Source: an uncultured Aquiluna sp. (lineage in GTDB: Bacteria; Actinomycetota; Actinomycetes; Actinomycetales; Microbacteriaceae). From it: DNA of 57,119 nucleotides. Within the stretch, counting starts at the first letter, position 1; the number at the start of each line of letters is the position of its first letter. Position numbers and translations under genes: made by a program. The notes below the pieces were generated by a model. It worked only from the letters and a program-made list of their open reading frames with translations. It was not told where the DNA came from and searched no databases. The stretch lies in the NCBI GenBank assembly GCA_964553455.1, contig CAZKLA010000002.1, forward strand, positions 1-57,119, read 5' to 3'. This document shows positions 32,149-42,291 of the stretch, one piece after another.

Positions 32149-32297
32149 TATAAGATAAAGCAGAGAACTTCCGTTTTTAATAAAGGCTCTGTTATAAATA
32201 AAATAAAGAATAAATAACAGGTTTTATTAGTTATGACCAAATTATTAAAAATTAAATCATTTTATCTTTTTAATTAGTAATCCTGTATAATTTAATC
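32149..32297. other. AT-rich intergenic region with imperfect inverted repeat (candidate origin)
   Basis: TAATAAAGGCTCTGTTAT (32178-32195) ... ATAACAGGTTTTATTA (32214-32229); lies in the replication module. Confidence 0.35.
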
Positions 32298-32633
32298 ATG
32301 AACTTCATGCACAAAAGAATAAAAAGATTTGAACTAACAGGACAAATTCTTGACGATATTTTTATTCCTCGCATGAAGGATGAATATGTTAGATTATTAA
32401 AACAATCAATGAAAGATTCTGGATATGTTATAAGGCTTGACATAGAGCCTGATTGGACAATACAATATACAGGAAACCATTACGAATTTATATTAAGTGT
32501 ATATGGATCATATATAGGAAAGAGAAATGCCGCATGTATAGACGGACTAGACAAGAACAGACCGATATATTCTCCGCAGAGCAAGTCAGGAGAGTCCTCA
32601 ACGGATCAGGAATCAGCATTGAATCAGAAGTAG
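32298..32633 (+). CDS. Hypothetical protein
   Basis: ATG 6 nt after TATAAT; overlaps primase. Confidence 0.7.
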   Translation: MNFMHKRIKRFELTGQILDDIFIPRMKDEYVRLLKQSMKDSGYVIRLDIEPDWTIQYTGNHYEFILSVYGSYIGKRNAACIDGLDKNRPIYSPQSKSGESSTDQESALNQK

Positions 32634-33478
32634 ACTCTGATTACCTTATTTATTGTCCCTATCACAATAACTACCGAACGCCCGCTGGCGAGGTAAGTAA
32701 AGATCATGGAACATTCTTCTGTTTCTCTTGTCATGAGTCTCGTTCTCTCTTAGAACTCGTAATGCATATAACTCACAAGTCATATTTTGAGGCTGCTAGA
32801 TTTATTGAGTCAGCCAAGGTAGAAACAGATATCGTTGATGCTATCGACAAGGTTCTAGAGAAAGATCCAGAATATGTCCCATTCGATGAAATTCTTATTA
32901 AAAGGCTGAATAATCAGGCGCTTGAATCCCCGCGTGCAGTTAGATACTTTGAAGGACGCAGAATCTCCAAGGCATCTATGGAAAAGTTTTCCTTAGGATA
33001 TAGTGAGAATCAGGACATGATTACCATTCCTATTAATGATCCTACGGGTAGGATGTTTGTAGGATTTGTTGCAAGATCTGTTGAGGGAAAAGATTTTAAA
33101 AATACTCCAAAACTTCCTAAGTCCAAAGTATTGTTTAACCTACATCGTGCAAAAGTATATGATTCAGTTTATGTTGTAGAATCATCATTCGATGCAATTA
33201 GGCTTGACCAATGTGGAATTTCTTCAGTAGCCACACTTGGATCAAATGTATCAAAAAGTCAAGTTGAACTCTTGACAAAGAACTTCAACAATGTTATAGT
33301 TGTTCCAGATAATGACGACGCTGGTGCTGATATGGCCCGACGCATTGTTGAAAAAATGGGGCCGAGGGCATCAGCAGTAAGGCTTCCAGATAGATTCAAA
33401 GATATCGGAGATATGACTGATTCAGATATCAACAAATTAACAGAAATTACAAAAGATCCATTATTCGCAATGTATTAA
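32534..33478 (+). CDS. dnaG: DNA primase (CHC2 zinc finger + TOPRIM)
   Basis: CPYH...FFCFSC; VVESSFDA, ATLGS, PDNDDAG, KDIGD; start site uncertain. Confidence 0.92.
   Translation: MYRRTRQEQTDIFSAEQVRRVLNGSGISIESEVDSDYLIYCPYHNNYRTPAGEVSKDHGTFFCFSCHESRSLLELVMHITHKSYFEAARFIESAKVETDIVDAIDKVLEKDPEYVPFDEILIKRLNNQALESPRAVRYFEGRRISKASMEKFSLGYSENQDMITIPINDPTGRMFVGFVARSVEGKDFKNTPKLPKSKVLFNLHRAKVYDSVYVVESSFDAIRLDQCGISSVATLGSNVSKSQVELLTKNFNNVIVVPDNDDAGADMARRIVEKMGPRASAVRLPDRFKDIGDMTDSDINKLTEITKDPLFAMY
33272..33300 (+). promoter_or_regulatory. Internal SigA-type promoter upstream of SSB
   Basis: TTGACA-N17-TATAGT inside the 3' part of primase. Confidence 0.5.
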
Positions 33479-33491
33479 GGAGTGTATTTAT

Positions 33492-34154
33492 ATGGGTATT
33501 ATGAAGGGTTTGAAGGCAATGGACCAAGCAGTAAATCGTTCTTCTGCACCAGCAGACGGCGGTTCCAAGGTTCGCTGGCTTAAGTTGGAAGACGGCCAGA
33601 GCGCAAAGGTGCGCTTTGTAAATGAGTTGGATGAGGATTCTCCAAACTATGATTCTGAGCGAGATGTTGCCATCGTCGTATCAGAGCATACGAATCCTAA
33701 GGATTATAAGCGCAAGGCTGTATGTACTCAGGACTCTGAGGGCCGCTGCTTTGGCTGCGAGATGGCCCGTAAGGAGCCTAAGAGCGGCTGGCGTGCTCGC
33801 TTCCGTTTCTACACCAACCTTTTGGTTGACGACGGTCTAGAAGACCCCTATGTGGCTGTATGGTCACAGGGTGTTGGCAAGCAGTCAGCGTTCAATACTC
33901 TACGAGAGTATGCGATTGACACGGGTTCAATCAGCAATCGCCCATGGCGCATGAAGCGTCAGGGCTCAGGAACAGACACCACCTACATTCTTCTTCCTGG
34001 AGATCCAGACACAGAGAAGTTTGATTGGAAGGGCGTTGAGCCTTTTAATCTAGAGAAGGTTGTTCGTGAAGTTCCTTATGCAGAGCAGGAGTCGTTCTAT
34101 CTAGGATTCGATTCTCCATCTTCTGCAAGTTCTACTAGCAATATTGATTGGTAG
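33492..34154 (+). CDS. Single-stranded DNA-binding protein (gp32-like)
   Basis: WLKLEDGQSAKVRF, H/C zinc ligands (CT..CFGC), KRQGSGTDTTY, Ser-rich/acidic tail; between primase and polymerase. Confidence 0.75.
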   Translation: MGIMKGLKAMDQAVNRSSAPADGGSKVRWLKLEDGQSAKVRFVNELDEDSPNYDSERDVAIVVSEHTNPKDYKRKAVCTQDSEGRCFGCEMARKEPKSGWRARFRFYTNLLVDDGLEDPYVAVWSQGVGKQSAFNTLREYAIDTGSISNRPWRMKRQGSGTDTTYILLPGDPDTEKFDWKGVEPFNLEKVVREVPYAEQESFYLGFDSPSSASSTSNIDW

Positions 34155-34158
34155 TTGT

Positions 34159-34191
34159 GTGGGAGGGCGGCTAACTGGCTGCCCTCCCTAC
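34159..34191 (+). terminator. Hairpin after SSB
   Basis: GTGGGAGGGCGGC-TAACTG-GCTGCCCTCCCTAC. Confidence 0.6.
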
Positions 34192-34208
34192 AATCATGAA
34201 AGGAAGTT

Positions 34209-34931
34209 ATGCCAAATATTTATTTTGAAGAACTCTTTGATGAACTTGGATGCCCAAAGCCAACACCAGCAGCACAGTCACTTCCAAGTTGGTACAAAGA
34301 TATGCCAAGGTTCTTTGCTCCAAATGATCAACATCTAGATTATATTAGAGACTTAGGTACAATCAGAGACTGTCCAGCAGTCAATGATGCAATGTTTGCA
34401 GGCTATACACTATACCTACCTGGGGATGTATATATAGATGCAACAGGAAAGCAGGTGGAATATAATACTGGAAGTTTCGGTATTGGATCAAGGATAGAAG
34501 GAGCCAACTTTGATTTTGTTGTAGCCCATGATCCGCTGGCAACAAAGGGATATCAATCCATGTTTACATTTCACGAACAAACATTAAAGTGGCAACCTTT
34601 CTGGGGGGTAAGAACAGATGAAGGATATAGCACAATGTTTATGCATCCTTTTCATAGAAACGACTTGCCATTCTATTCAGTAACTGCTATAGTTGATACC
34701 GACAAGTTTGCTACTAGAGATCCTTATGCTTTCTTTATAAAGAAAGGATTTAAGGGAGTTATCCATCGTGGCACACCAATCTTGCAAGTCATTCCTTTTA
34801 AGAGAGATGATTGGCAGATGCAGATAGTAGAGCCAGACGCTAAAGATTTTCACAAAAATAGACAGCAAACACAAAGCGTATTTAAGCAACCATATAAGAG
34901 ACTATTTTGGCAAAGGAAGAAGTTTAATTAA
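34209..34931 (+). CDS. Hypothetical protein (CPAV.D family)
   Basis: LPSWYK, CPAVND, IVDTDKF, GTPILQVIPFKR; resembles ORF 42572. Confidence 0.7.
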   Translation: MPNIYFEELFDELGCPKPTPAAQSLPSWYKDMPRFFAPNDQHLDYIRDLGTIRDCPAVNDAMFAGYTLYLPGDVYIDATGKQVEYNTGSFGIGSRIEGANFDFVVAHDPLATKGYQSMFTFHEQTLKWQPFWGVRTDEGYSTMFMHPFHRNDLPFYSVTAIVDTDKFATRDPYAFFIKKGFKGVIHRGTPILQVIPFKRDDWQMQIVEPDAKDFHKNRQQTQSVFKQPYKRLFWQRKKFN

Positions 34932-37900
34932 TGACCAACTATGTTCCCCTTCACGTTCACACTCATTATTCTCAGATGGATGGTGTTGCTACTCCAGAAG
35001 AGTATGTTGATCGTGCCAAGCAAAATGGCATGAGTGCTATTGCTATTACTGATCACGGTACGCTATCTGGTCACAGACCAATGTATCGTGCAGCAACATC
35101 AGCAGGCATCAAGCCAATTCTTGGGGTTGAGGGGTACATTACTTCAGATAGATTTGATAGGCGAGACAAGTCAGAGCGCACCACGCCTCTTGATTTGGTA
35201 TACAATCACATTGTCATTCTTGCTAAGAACGATCAAGGTTTAGAGAATCTTGGCAAGTTGAATGAGATTGCATGGAATGAAGGGTACTATCGAAAGCCAC
35301 GAATTGATTTTGAGGTACTTGAGAAATACCGCGATGGCCTCATTGTTTCTTCTGCCTGCATGTCTGGTCTTATTAATAAGGCAATTGAGGTAGACGATTA
35401 TGCTGCCGCCAAGGCTCATTTGCAATGGTTTTCAGACCGCTTTGGCGAGGATTTTTATGTAGAGGTTATGCCTCATAATACGCAGGGAATGAACGAGGCC
35501 TTGGTTGAACTTGCTGATGCAATGGGCCACAAGATTATCGTAACTCCTGATTGTCACCACGCAACGGTAGATCAAAAGATCATTCAGGAAATCATGCTTA
35601 TCAATAACACTCATGCCAAATTGCAGAAGGATGTTACATACGACAAGTCATGCAAGTGTGATGATATGATGGATCGTCTTGACTACCTCTACGGTGCAGA
35701 TCGAATGATGAGTTTTAATAAGTTTGACATTCATCTTTTATCAGCAGATGAGATGCGAGAGGCCATGGAGGAAAACGGTGGCTTCCGTGATGATATGTTT
35801 GTCAATACACTTGAGATTGCAGATAAGGTAGAAGAATATACTATTCATCGTAATCTAAACCTACTCCCTGTAGAGCACAAGAACCCTGACGAGACTATTC
35901 GCAAGCAAGCAGTAAGCGCTCTTAAGGACAAAGGGCTTGACTCAAACCAAGAATACGTTGATAGACTTGAAGAAGAGTTGTCTATTATTCAGCAAAAGAA
36001 GTTTGCGTCATACTTTATCGTAGTCCAGAATATGCTTAATTGGGCAAAGAAGAATGATATTATGGTAGGCCCAGGTCGTGGATCTAGCGCAGGCTCTCTA
36101 GTCTGTTATTTGCTAGGAATTACAGACATTGATCCAATCAAGCATGGCCTGCTGTTCTTCCGATTTATCGATATTGACCGTGATGACTGGCCTGATATTG
36201 ACTCTGATATTCAGGATTCTCGTCGTGAAGAGGTTAAGCAGTATTTAGAAAGGCAGTATAAGCATGTTGCATCCATTGCTACATTCCTACAGTTCAAAGA
36301 CAAGGGAGTCGTGCGAGATGTTGCTCGTTGTTTCAATATTCCGCTTGGGGATGTTAACCGTGTCCTTAAGACAGTGGATACATGGGAGGAATTTATAACC
36401 TCTAAGAATACTCAGTGGTTCAGAGAGAAGTATCCAGAGGTAGAGGTTTATGGAGATCAATTGCGTGGACGCATTCGCGGTACAGGCGTTCATGCCGCAG
36501 GCGTTGTAACTTCTAAGATTCCAATCTCCAAGATTGCCCCAATGGAGACTCGTAATGTCACAGGCTCTGATGGAAGACTCCCTGTGGTCGCGGTAGACAT
36601 GGAAGAGGCTGCCGACATTGGGCTTATCAAGATTGATGCACTTGGACTGAAGACTCTCACAGTTCTTAATGATTGTCTTAGCATTATTGAAGAGCGTACA
36701 GGCAAAAAGCCAGACCTCCATGCAATTGATATGGAAGATCGTAATATCTATAACATGCTTTCTGATGGACATACTAAGGGAGTGTTCCAGTGTGAGGCAG
36801 CGCCATACACCAATCTTCTTGTTAAGATGGGTGTGTCTAAGTTCGATGAACTAGTAGCCTCAAACGCTCTAGTGCGCCCAGGCGCCATGAACACAATTGG
36901 CAAGGATTATATTGCTCGTAAGCAAGGGAAGCAGGGCATCGTTTATCCTAGTCCCATTATGAAGGACTTCACAGAAGACACATACGGTACAATTCTTTAT
37001 CAAGAGCAGGTTATGCTTGCTTGTGTGAAACTTGGCGGCATGACCATGGGTGAAGCCAACAAGGTTCGCAAAATTATTGGTAAGAAGAAGGATGCCCGTG
37101 AGTTTGATCAATTCAAGGAGTTATTCGTTAGGAATGCGACTGGGCCGCTTGGTGGGGCTGCTGCTGAAAAGATGTGGCATGACTTTGAGGCCCACGCAGG
37201 GTACTCGTTCAATAAGTCTCATGCTGTGGCTTACTCAACACTCTCGTACTGGACGGCATGGCTAAAGTACTACTATCCACTAGAGTTTATGTTTGCCCTT
37301 CTTAAGAATGAAAAGGACAAAGATGCTCGTACAGAGTATCTGATTGAGGCAAAGAGGATGGGCATTCCCCTAAGATTGCCACACATAAATGACTCAGATA
37401 CTGACTTTAAGATCGAAGGCAAGGGAATTAGATTTGGGTTGGCATCAATTAAGTTTATTTCTGATAAGATCGCTTCTAGATATATCGAAGGAAGGCCGTT
37501 TGCTTCTTACAAAGAAGTTGAAGAGTTTACTTTTACTAAAGGAAACGGAGTAAACAGTAGGGCGCTCAATTCATTGAATGCTGTTGGTGCTCTTACTTTT
37601 GCTGACAATCCTAGAGACGATAACAAGATTCGTGAGAATCTTTATGAGTATCTTAATCTGCCAGAGTTTTCTAATGATGTTCCACAGCATTATCACGCTT
37701 ATATCAATTCAGTTGATGAGTTTGATGAAAAGGGTGCGTTCATTCTCATGGGAGTGGTGCGTGCAATTAAGCGAGGCAAAGGCTGGAGCAGAGTAGAGAT
37801 TCTAGACAATACAGGAGCGATTGGAATATTTGATGATGAAGAAACATCCATCGAAGCGGGTCGGGCTTATATTATTCTTGTTGGATCTAACAGAATTGTG

Positions 37901-38209
37901 GAAGCGGTTCCTGTTGACGAGATACGAGAAAGCAATAGCGCACTGGTACGCTTCTTAAACTACAAGCAGTTGCCATATGGCAATGACGAGTACTTTGTGC
38001 TATCCTTTAAACCACGCATAACAAAAGCGGGTAAAAGAATGGCTAGTCTAGTGGTGGCAGACAGTGGTAGAGAAATCATGAGCATGGTTGTTTTTCCCAG
38101 CACGTTTGCGATGGCTTATACCCGAATTGAAGCAGGAAACGCATATAAAATCAATTACAGTCTCTCAAAGGATGAGGACTTAATATTTCAGGAGGTAGTG
38201 ACAGCATGA
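34931..38209 (+). CDS. dnaE: DNA polymerase III alpha subunit
   Basis: PHP domain LHVHTHYS..DG, AITDHG; GPGRGSSAGSLV; PDIDSD; HAAGVV; YSFNKSHA. Confidence 0.97.
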   Translation: MTNYVPLHVHTHYSQMDGVATPEEYVDRAKQNGMSAIAITDHGTLSGHRPMYRAATSAGIKPILGVEGYITSDRFDRRDKSERTTPLDLVYNHIVILAKNDQGLENLGKLNEIAWNEGYYRKPRIDFEVLEKYRDGLIVSSACMSGLINKAIEVDDYAAAKAHLQWFSDRFGEDFYVEVMPHNTQGMNEALVELADAMGHKIIVTPDCHHATVDQKIIQEIMLINNTHAKLQKDVTYDKSCKCDDMMDRLDYLYGADRMMSFNKFDIHLLSADEMREAMEENGGFRDDMFVNTLEIADKVEEYTIHRNLNLLPVEHKNPDETIRKQAVSALKDKGLDSNQEYVDRLEEELSIIQQKKFASYFIVVQNMLNWAKKNDIMVGPGRGSSAGSLVCYLLGITDIDPIKHGLLFFRFIDIDRDDWPDIDSDIQDSRREEVKQYLERQYKHVASIATFLQFKDKGVVRDVARCFNIPLGDVNRVLKTVDTWEEFITSKNTQWFREKYPEVEVYGDQLRGRIRGTGVHAAGVVTSKIPISKIAPMETRNVTGSDGRLPVVAVDMEEAADIGLIKIDALGLKTLTVLNDCLSIIEERTGKKPDLHAIDMEDRNIYNMLSDGHTKGVFQCEAAPYTNLLVKMGVSKFDELVASNALVRPGAMNTIGKDYIARKQGKQGIVYPSPIMKDFTEDTYGTILYQEQVMLACVKLGGMTMGEANKVRKIIGKKKDAREFDQFKELFVRNATGPLGGAAAEKMWHDFEAHAGYSFNKSHAVAYSTLSYWTAWLKYYYPLEFMFALLKNEKDKDARTEYLIEAKRMGIPLRLPHINDSDTDFKIEGKGIRFGLASIKFISDKIASRYIEGRPFASYKEVEEFTFTKGNGVNSRALNSLNAVGALTFADNPRDDNKIRENLYEYLNLPEFSNDVPQHYHAYINSVDEFDEKGAFILMGVVRAIKRGKGWSRVEILDNTGAIGIFDDEETSIEAGRAYIILVGSNRIVEAVPVDEIRESNSALVRFLNYKQLPYGNDEYFVLSFKPRITKAGKRMASLVVADSGREIMSMVVFPSTFAMAYTRIEAGNAYKINYSLSKDEDLIFQEVVTA

Positions 38210-38541
38210 ATATTAACTTAGAAGAACTGTCCTTTACTATTCATAGCAATGCAATAGACAAAGGATTTTGGGAGCCAAATACTCCAGACAACCACATTGT
38301 GTTTTATCTAAAGCAACTAGCAATGGTTCACTCAGAAGTCTCAGAGGTGCTTGAGGCTATTCGTAAGGAAAAGGGCGAATCCGTAGTTGTAGAAGAGATG
38401 GCAGACGTAATCATTCGCTTGCTAGATCTATGGGCAGGGATGCAAAGAGATGGCGCTGTGCGTACAACCATAACTGATGCTCTTATGTCTAAGATGCAAA
38501 TCAACTCTGGAAGAGCGAAGATGCACGGGGTTTTGGCGTGA
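38206..38541 (+). CDS. MazG-like NTP pyrophosphohydrolase
   Basis: HSEVSEVLEAIRK...EEMADVIIRLLD. Confidence 0.85.
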   Translation: MNINLEELSFTIHSNAIDKGFWEPNTPDNHIVFYLKQLAMVHSEVSEVLEAIRKEKGESVVVEEMADVIIRLLDLWAGMQRDGAVRTTITDALMSKMQINSGRAKMHGVLA

Positions 38542-39548
38542 CCAATATTGAAGAGGTGCTTGCCAATCTTAATCCAAAACTACGAAAGAAGATTAGTTTG
38601 GGGTCTGAGATTGAGCATACACAGTTTGCACAAACACCAAGTTACGGTCTAAATCGTGCTCTCAATGGTGGCCTCCCATATGGTCGTCAAGTGCTCGTAT
38701 GGGGCAACAAGTCAAGTGGCAAGTCATCATTTCTATTGCAGACAATTGCAAAGGCTCAGGAGGAGGGAAAGGTATGTGCTTGGATCGACGCAGAGATGAC
38801 GTTCTCCCCAGAATGGGCAGCACACTTAGGCGTAAAGGTAGACGACTTGATTGTCTCAACAGCCCGTACCGTGAACGATATGGTCGATGTTGGTATCGAT
38901 CTTATGAAGGCTGGAGCAGATATCATAGTTGTTGATAGCATTTCTGCTCTTCTTCCAGCCATATACTTTGAGAAGGATTCAGACGATCTCAAGCAGTTAG
39001 AAAATACCAAGCAGATCGGTGCAGAGGCTAGAGACATGACCAATGCTGTTAAGATGCTTAACTATGCAAACAATCAGGAGAAGCCAACGCTTCTAATTCT
39101 AATTAGTCAGGCACGCAATAATATTGGAGCAATGTATGCAACGCAGCAGCCCACGGGCGGTATGGCAGTCAAGTTCTATTCGTCTACTATCATTAAGTTG
39201 TTCTCTTCTGAGTCTGATAATCAGGCTATCAAGGGGAAGATCTATGTTGGGGACAAAATCATTGAAGAAAAGGTTGGACGAAAGGTTCGTTGGGAAGTTC
39301 AGTTTTCAAAGACGAGTCCAGCATTCCAGTCAGGGGAGTATGACTTTTATTTCCGTGGCACCGACCTTGGCGTTGACACAATCGCAGATCTTGTTGATAC
39401 AGCAGAAATGCTTGGACACATTGAACGCGGAGGAGCATGGTATACCTGTGAGGGAGAGCGCTTCCAAGGACGAGACAAGTTAGTTCTAGGAGTCAAGGAG
39501 AATCTGGATATGCAAGAGGCACTAATTAAGAAGGTGCTTGGTGAGTAA
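38538..39548 (+). CDS. recA: RecA-like recombinase
   Basis: GGLPYGR, GNKSSGKS, IDAE, VVDSI, ISQAR, TGG.AVKFYSS, GAWY. Confidence 0.93.
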   Translation: MTNIEEVLANLNPKLRKKISLGSEIEHTQFAQTPSYGLNRALNGGLPYGRQVLVWGNKSSGKSSFLLQTIAKAQEEGKVCAWIDAEMTFSPEWAAHLGVKVDDLIVSTARTVNDMVDVGIDLMKAGADIIVVDSISALLPAIYFEKDSDDLKQLENTKQIGAEARDMTNAVKMLNYANNQEKPTLLILISQARNNIGAMYATQQPTGGMAVKFYSSTIIKLFSSESDNQAIKGKIYVGDKIIEEKVGRKVRWEVQFSKTSPAFQSGEYDFYFRGTDLGVDTIADLVDTAEMLGHIERGGAWYTCEGERFQGRDKLVLGVKENLDMQEALIKKVLGE

Positions 39549-39696
39549 GTATAGCGCCTATCAAGGAACCTTCTTCTGTCAAAAGTGTGGAGTAGAAGTC
39601 ACTAAAGCCAGATTCTGGAAGGACACCTATGACTTTACATGGATGTGTGACTGTAAGTTTGTTTCTAAGGTGAATCTATATGGCAAAGGCTACTAA
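39541..39696 (+). CDS. Small zinc-ribbon protein, 51 aa (not in ORF track)
   Basis: GTG start; CQKC...WMCDC; fills the recA-resolvase gap. Confidence 0.6.
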   Translation: MSKYSAYQGTFFCQKCGVEVTKARFWKDTYDFTWMCDCKFVSKVNLYGKGY

Positions 39697-40006
39697 TAAA
39701 ACAGAAGCGTCTGAACTACGACGTATGGGAGCAAAGATTCACAAGAATAGTGGTAGAGGGCAAGTTAAGGCAGACGGAAGTACAGAAACCTTTATAGTGG
39801 ATGTGAAAGAAGCAAGCAAGACCTTTACACTAAGTCAAGATGTGTGGGCAAAAATATGTACAGATGCCATGAAGGTAGACAGAAACAAATCTCCAATGCT
39901 ACAATTGGTGATTGGCGAGGGCGCAAATAAGATACGTCTTTCTGTTTTGGAATGGTCTATGCTAGAGGATCTTATAGAAAGGGTAGAGCACAATGACAAC
40001 GCTTGA
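39680..40006 (+). CDS. PD-(D/E)XK Holliday junction resolvase-like nuclease
   Basis: E...NSGRG..KAD.....VDVKE motif. Confidence 0.7.
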   Translation: MAKATNKTEASELRRMGAKIHKNSGRGQVKADGSTETFIVDVKEASKTFTLSQDVWAKICTDAMKVDRNKSPMLQLVIGEGANKIRLSVLEWSMLEDLIERVEHNDNA

Positions 40007-40286
40007 TCAGGTCAATGGTCTATACGAAATTGCAGACTATATGCAAGATGAAGAACTTACCGCAGCCCTAGAGTTTATTGCCAAGGTAATTACTAAGCCA
40101 GATATTCCTCCGCATGTTGCAACTGTTGAGATTGTTCGTCTTCAGGCTATTGCAGCAAAACTAGCAATGAGGGCAACATGGATGGCAAACGTTGATAAAA
40201 GTGATAGGGCAAAAAAGAATCTCTATTACACCGCTGCCGCAGAAATAGATAAGACAGTAGCAGCACTAAAGTTTATTCTAAAATGA
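39993..40286 (+). CDS. Hypothetical helical protein
   Basis: Coupled ORF in recombination module. Confidence 0.7.
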   Translation: MTTLDQVNGLYEIADYMQDEELTAALEFIAKVITKPDIPPHVATVEIVRLQAIAAKLAMRATWMANVDKSDRAKKNLYYTAAAEIDKTVAALKFILK

Positions 40287-40315
40287 TACAATTGTGTCCT
40301 AAACAAAGGAAAAAA

Positions 40316-41083
40316 ATGGCTAAGAATTTTTTAAAGCAAGTTCTAGATAAGCAACCAGAAGGCCCAATAGATACTAAGGCTTTGATCGAAAAGATTGAGT
40401 CTGGATATACGATCAACAGAGGCACAGAATTTAAAAAGAAGAAGTCTTTTAGTCCATCATCTTTGGTATATGGAAATGGAGCATGTCCACGATACTGGTT
40501 CTTGGCATTCGACGGAGCAGACTTTGAGGATAATGCAGATGCATATGCTGTAGCAAACATGGATAATGGAACGTTGAGCCACGGTAGAATTCAGAAGGCT
40601 ATTGAAGATTCTGGAATCATGGTGGAGACAGAGAAAAAGTTGATCACACAAGATCCTCCAATCTTTGGCTTTGCTGATGGAATCATCCAATGGGGTGAAG
40701 AGCAAACCGTTCTAGAAATCAAGACCATGAAGGAAGAATCTTTCTTATACAGAAAGCACGCAAAGCCACCTTCTTATCATCTTATGCAGTTGATTATTTA
40801 CATGAAGATTCTTGGTAAAAGACTTGGCGTGCTTCTTTATGAAAACAAGAACTCACATGAACTACACGCAATTCCTGTTGAGGTAAATGACGAATATAAG
40901 GCTTGGGCAGACTACGCCTTTGACTGGATGCGCAAGGTTCGCAAGGCTTGGGAAGATCGCACTCTTCCACAAAAGCCATATAGGTCTAACTCTAAGGTAT
41001 GCAAAACATGTCCTATTCAAAAGGCTTGTGCTGCCGCAGACAAGGGCGATGTAAAGATTGAGCCTTTGGAGTACCTTGAATGA
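40316..41083 (+). CDS. Cas4-like exonuclease
   Basis: SPSS..CPR, GTLSH, G.ADG, LEIKT, QL..YM, CKTCP...C Fe-S ligands. Confidence 0.85.
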   Translation: MAKNFLKQVLDKQPEGPIDTKALIEKIESGYTINRGTEFKKKKSFSPSSLVYGNGACPRYWFLAFDGADFEDNADAYAVANMDNGTLSHGRIQKAIEDSGIMVETEKKLITQDPPIFGFADGIIQWGEEQTVLEIKTMKEESFLYRKHAKPPSYHLMQLIIYMKILGKRLGVLLYENKNSHELHAIPVEVNDEYKAWADYAFDWMRKVRKAWEDRTLPQKPYRSNSKVCKTCPIQKACAAADKGDVKIEPLEYLE

Positions 41084-41376
41084 AAAACTGCGACTGGTGC
41101 TCTGGTGAATTTAAGCCCAATGTAAGTTACCAGATTTATTGCTCACCAGAATGCAGAGAACTGGCTACCAAAGATAAGGTCAGTGAAAAGTATAGGTTGA
41201 AAAAAAGGCAAAAACTTTCTCAAAAAGAAAGAAGATGTTCTAACAATTGTGGAACTCTTTTGAGCATTTACAATGAATCTTCTTATTGCAGTAAGTGTGC
41301 CATTGATCAAAAGCAAGTAAACAAAATGCTCAGAGAATTAAAGGGTTTAATTGAATATGAAAAGTCTAAAGAGTAG
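41080..41376 (+). CDS. Cys-rich zinc-finger protein
   Basis: CDWC, YCSPEC, CSNNC, CSKC. Confidence 0.7.
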   Translation: MKNCDWCSGEFKPNVSYQIYCSPECRELATKDKVSEKYRLKKRQKLSQKERRCSNNCGTLLSIYNESSYCSKCAIDQKQVNKMLRELKGLIEYEKSKE

Positions 41377-41923
41377 GCCAGAATCTTTTTGTTCGGTAGA
41401 TGCCAGCACAAACAGTTTAGCATTTGCTTATTTTAAGAACGATAATTTAGAAAAATATGGGAAAATAAAGTATTTTGGCAATGATATCTACGAAAAAATA
41501 GTGGATACATCAATGAAAACAAAAACCTTTTTTAATCAATTTGACAATCTCAACTATATGATTATTGAACAGGTTATCTATCTTAATTCTCCAAAGACTG
41601 CTGCCAACCTAGCAATGAGCCATGGAGCGCTTGTATCGTCTGCTGCTTTAGCAGGGGTTCAAAATATTGCGAGCGTCAGCCCTATGCAGTGGCAAAACTG
41701 GGCGGGGAATAAAAGATTAACAACAGAAGAAAAAAACGCAATAAGGCAGGGCAATCCAGGTAAAACAGAGTCTTGGTATAAGTCACAAGAAAGGTTGTTC
41801 AGAAAGCAAAGAACGATTAAGTTTGTGAATGATAAGTTTGATATAAACATAAACGATGATGACGTTGCCGATGCTATCGCCATTGGGGCGTGGGCTATTG
41901 ACAATTGGGGCAAGGTGTTCTAA
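41351..41923 (+). CDS. ruvC: RuvC-like resolvase
   Basis: SVDASTNSLAFA, IIEQ, DDVADAIAIG catalytic motifs; start may be ATG 41357. Confidence 0.8.
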   Translation: MNMKSLKSRPESFCSVDASTNSLAFAYFKNDNLEKYGKIKYFGNDIYEKIVDTSMKTKTFFNQFDNLNYMIIEQVIYLNSPKTAANLAMSHGALVSSAALAGVQNIASVSPMQWQNWAGNKRLTTEEKNAIRQGNPGKTESWYKSQERLFRKQRTIKFVNDKFDININDDDVADAIAIGAWAIDNWGKVF

Positions 41924-41926
41924 AAT

Positions 41927-42079
41927 ATGCCTAGAGGAAGTTCCCTACATCATTCAGAAGCATATCTTAAAAAACGCTTCCTTCTTGATAAAAAGAGTAT
42001 AGAAGATATTGCAAAAGAATGTGGAGTAAGTGTTCAAATAATATATAAGCAACTAAAAAAGTTTGGATTAAAAAAATGA
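41927..42079 (+). CDS. Small HTH protein, 50 aa (not in ORF track)
   Basis: KSIEDIAKECGVSVQIIYKQLKKFGL. Confidence 0.7.
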   Translation: MPRGSSLHHSEAYLKKRFLLDKKSIEDIAKECGVSVQIIYKQLKKFGLKK

Positions 42080-42291
42080 ATGATATGGTTAATCATCCAG
42101 CACACTACACCAGTGATCCAAGCGGCGTGGAGTGCATTCAGATCGTCCGTCATCGCAACTATAATATTGGTAATGCTATCAAGTACCTCTGGCGTGCTGG
42201 GCTCAAAAATGAGGACAAGCATGTTGAGGATCTTAAGAAGGCTATCTTTTATATCAATGATGAAATTAAGAGAATTGAGGGTGGTCACTAA
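42076..42291 (+). CDS. DUF3310/SaV-like protein
   Basis: VNHPAHY, GNAIKYLWRAG.K, EDLKKA.FY. Confidence 0.85.
   Translation: MNDMVNHPAHYTSDPSGVECIQIVRHRNYNIGNAIKYLWRAGLKNEDKHVEDLKKAIFYINDEIKRIEGGH

Noticed and set aside
40316-41083. Cas4-like gene as evidence of a CRISPR-Cas system
   Set aside because: No repeat-spacer array or other cas genes in the window; solo Cas4-like nucleases are common in phage recombination modules
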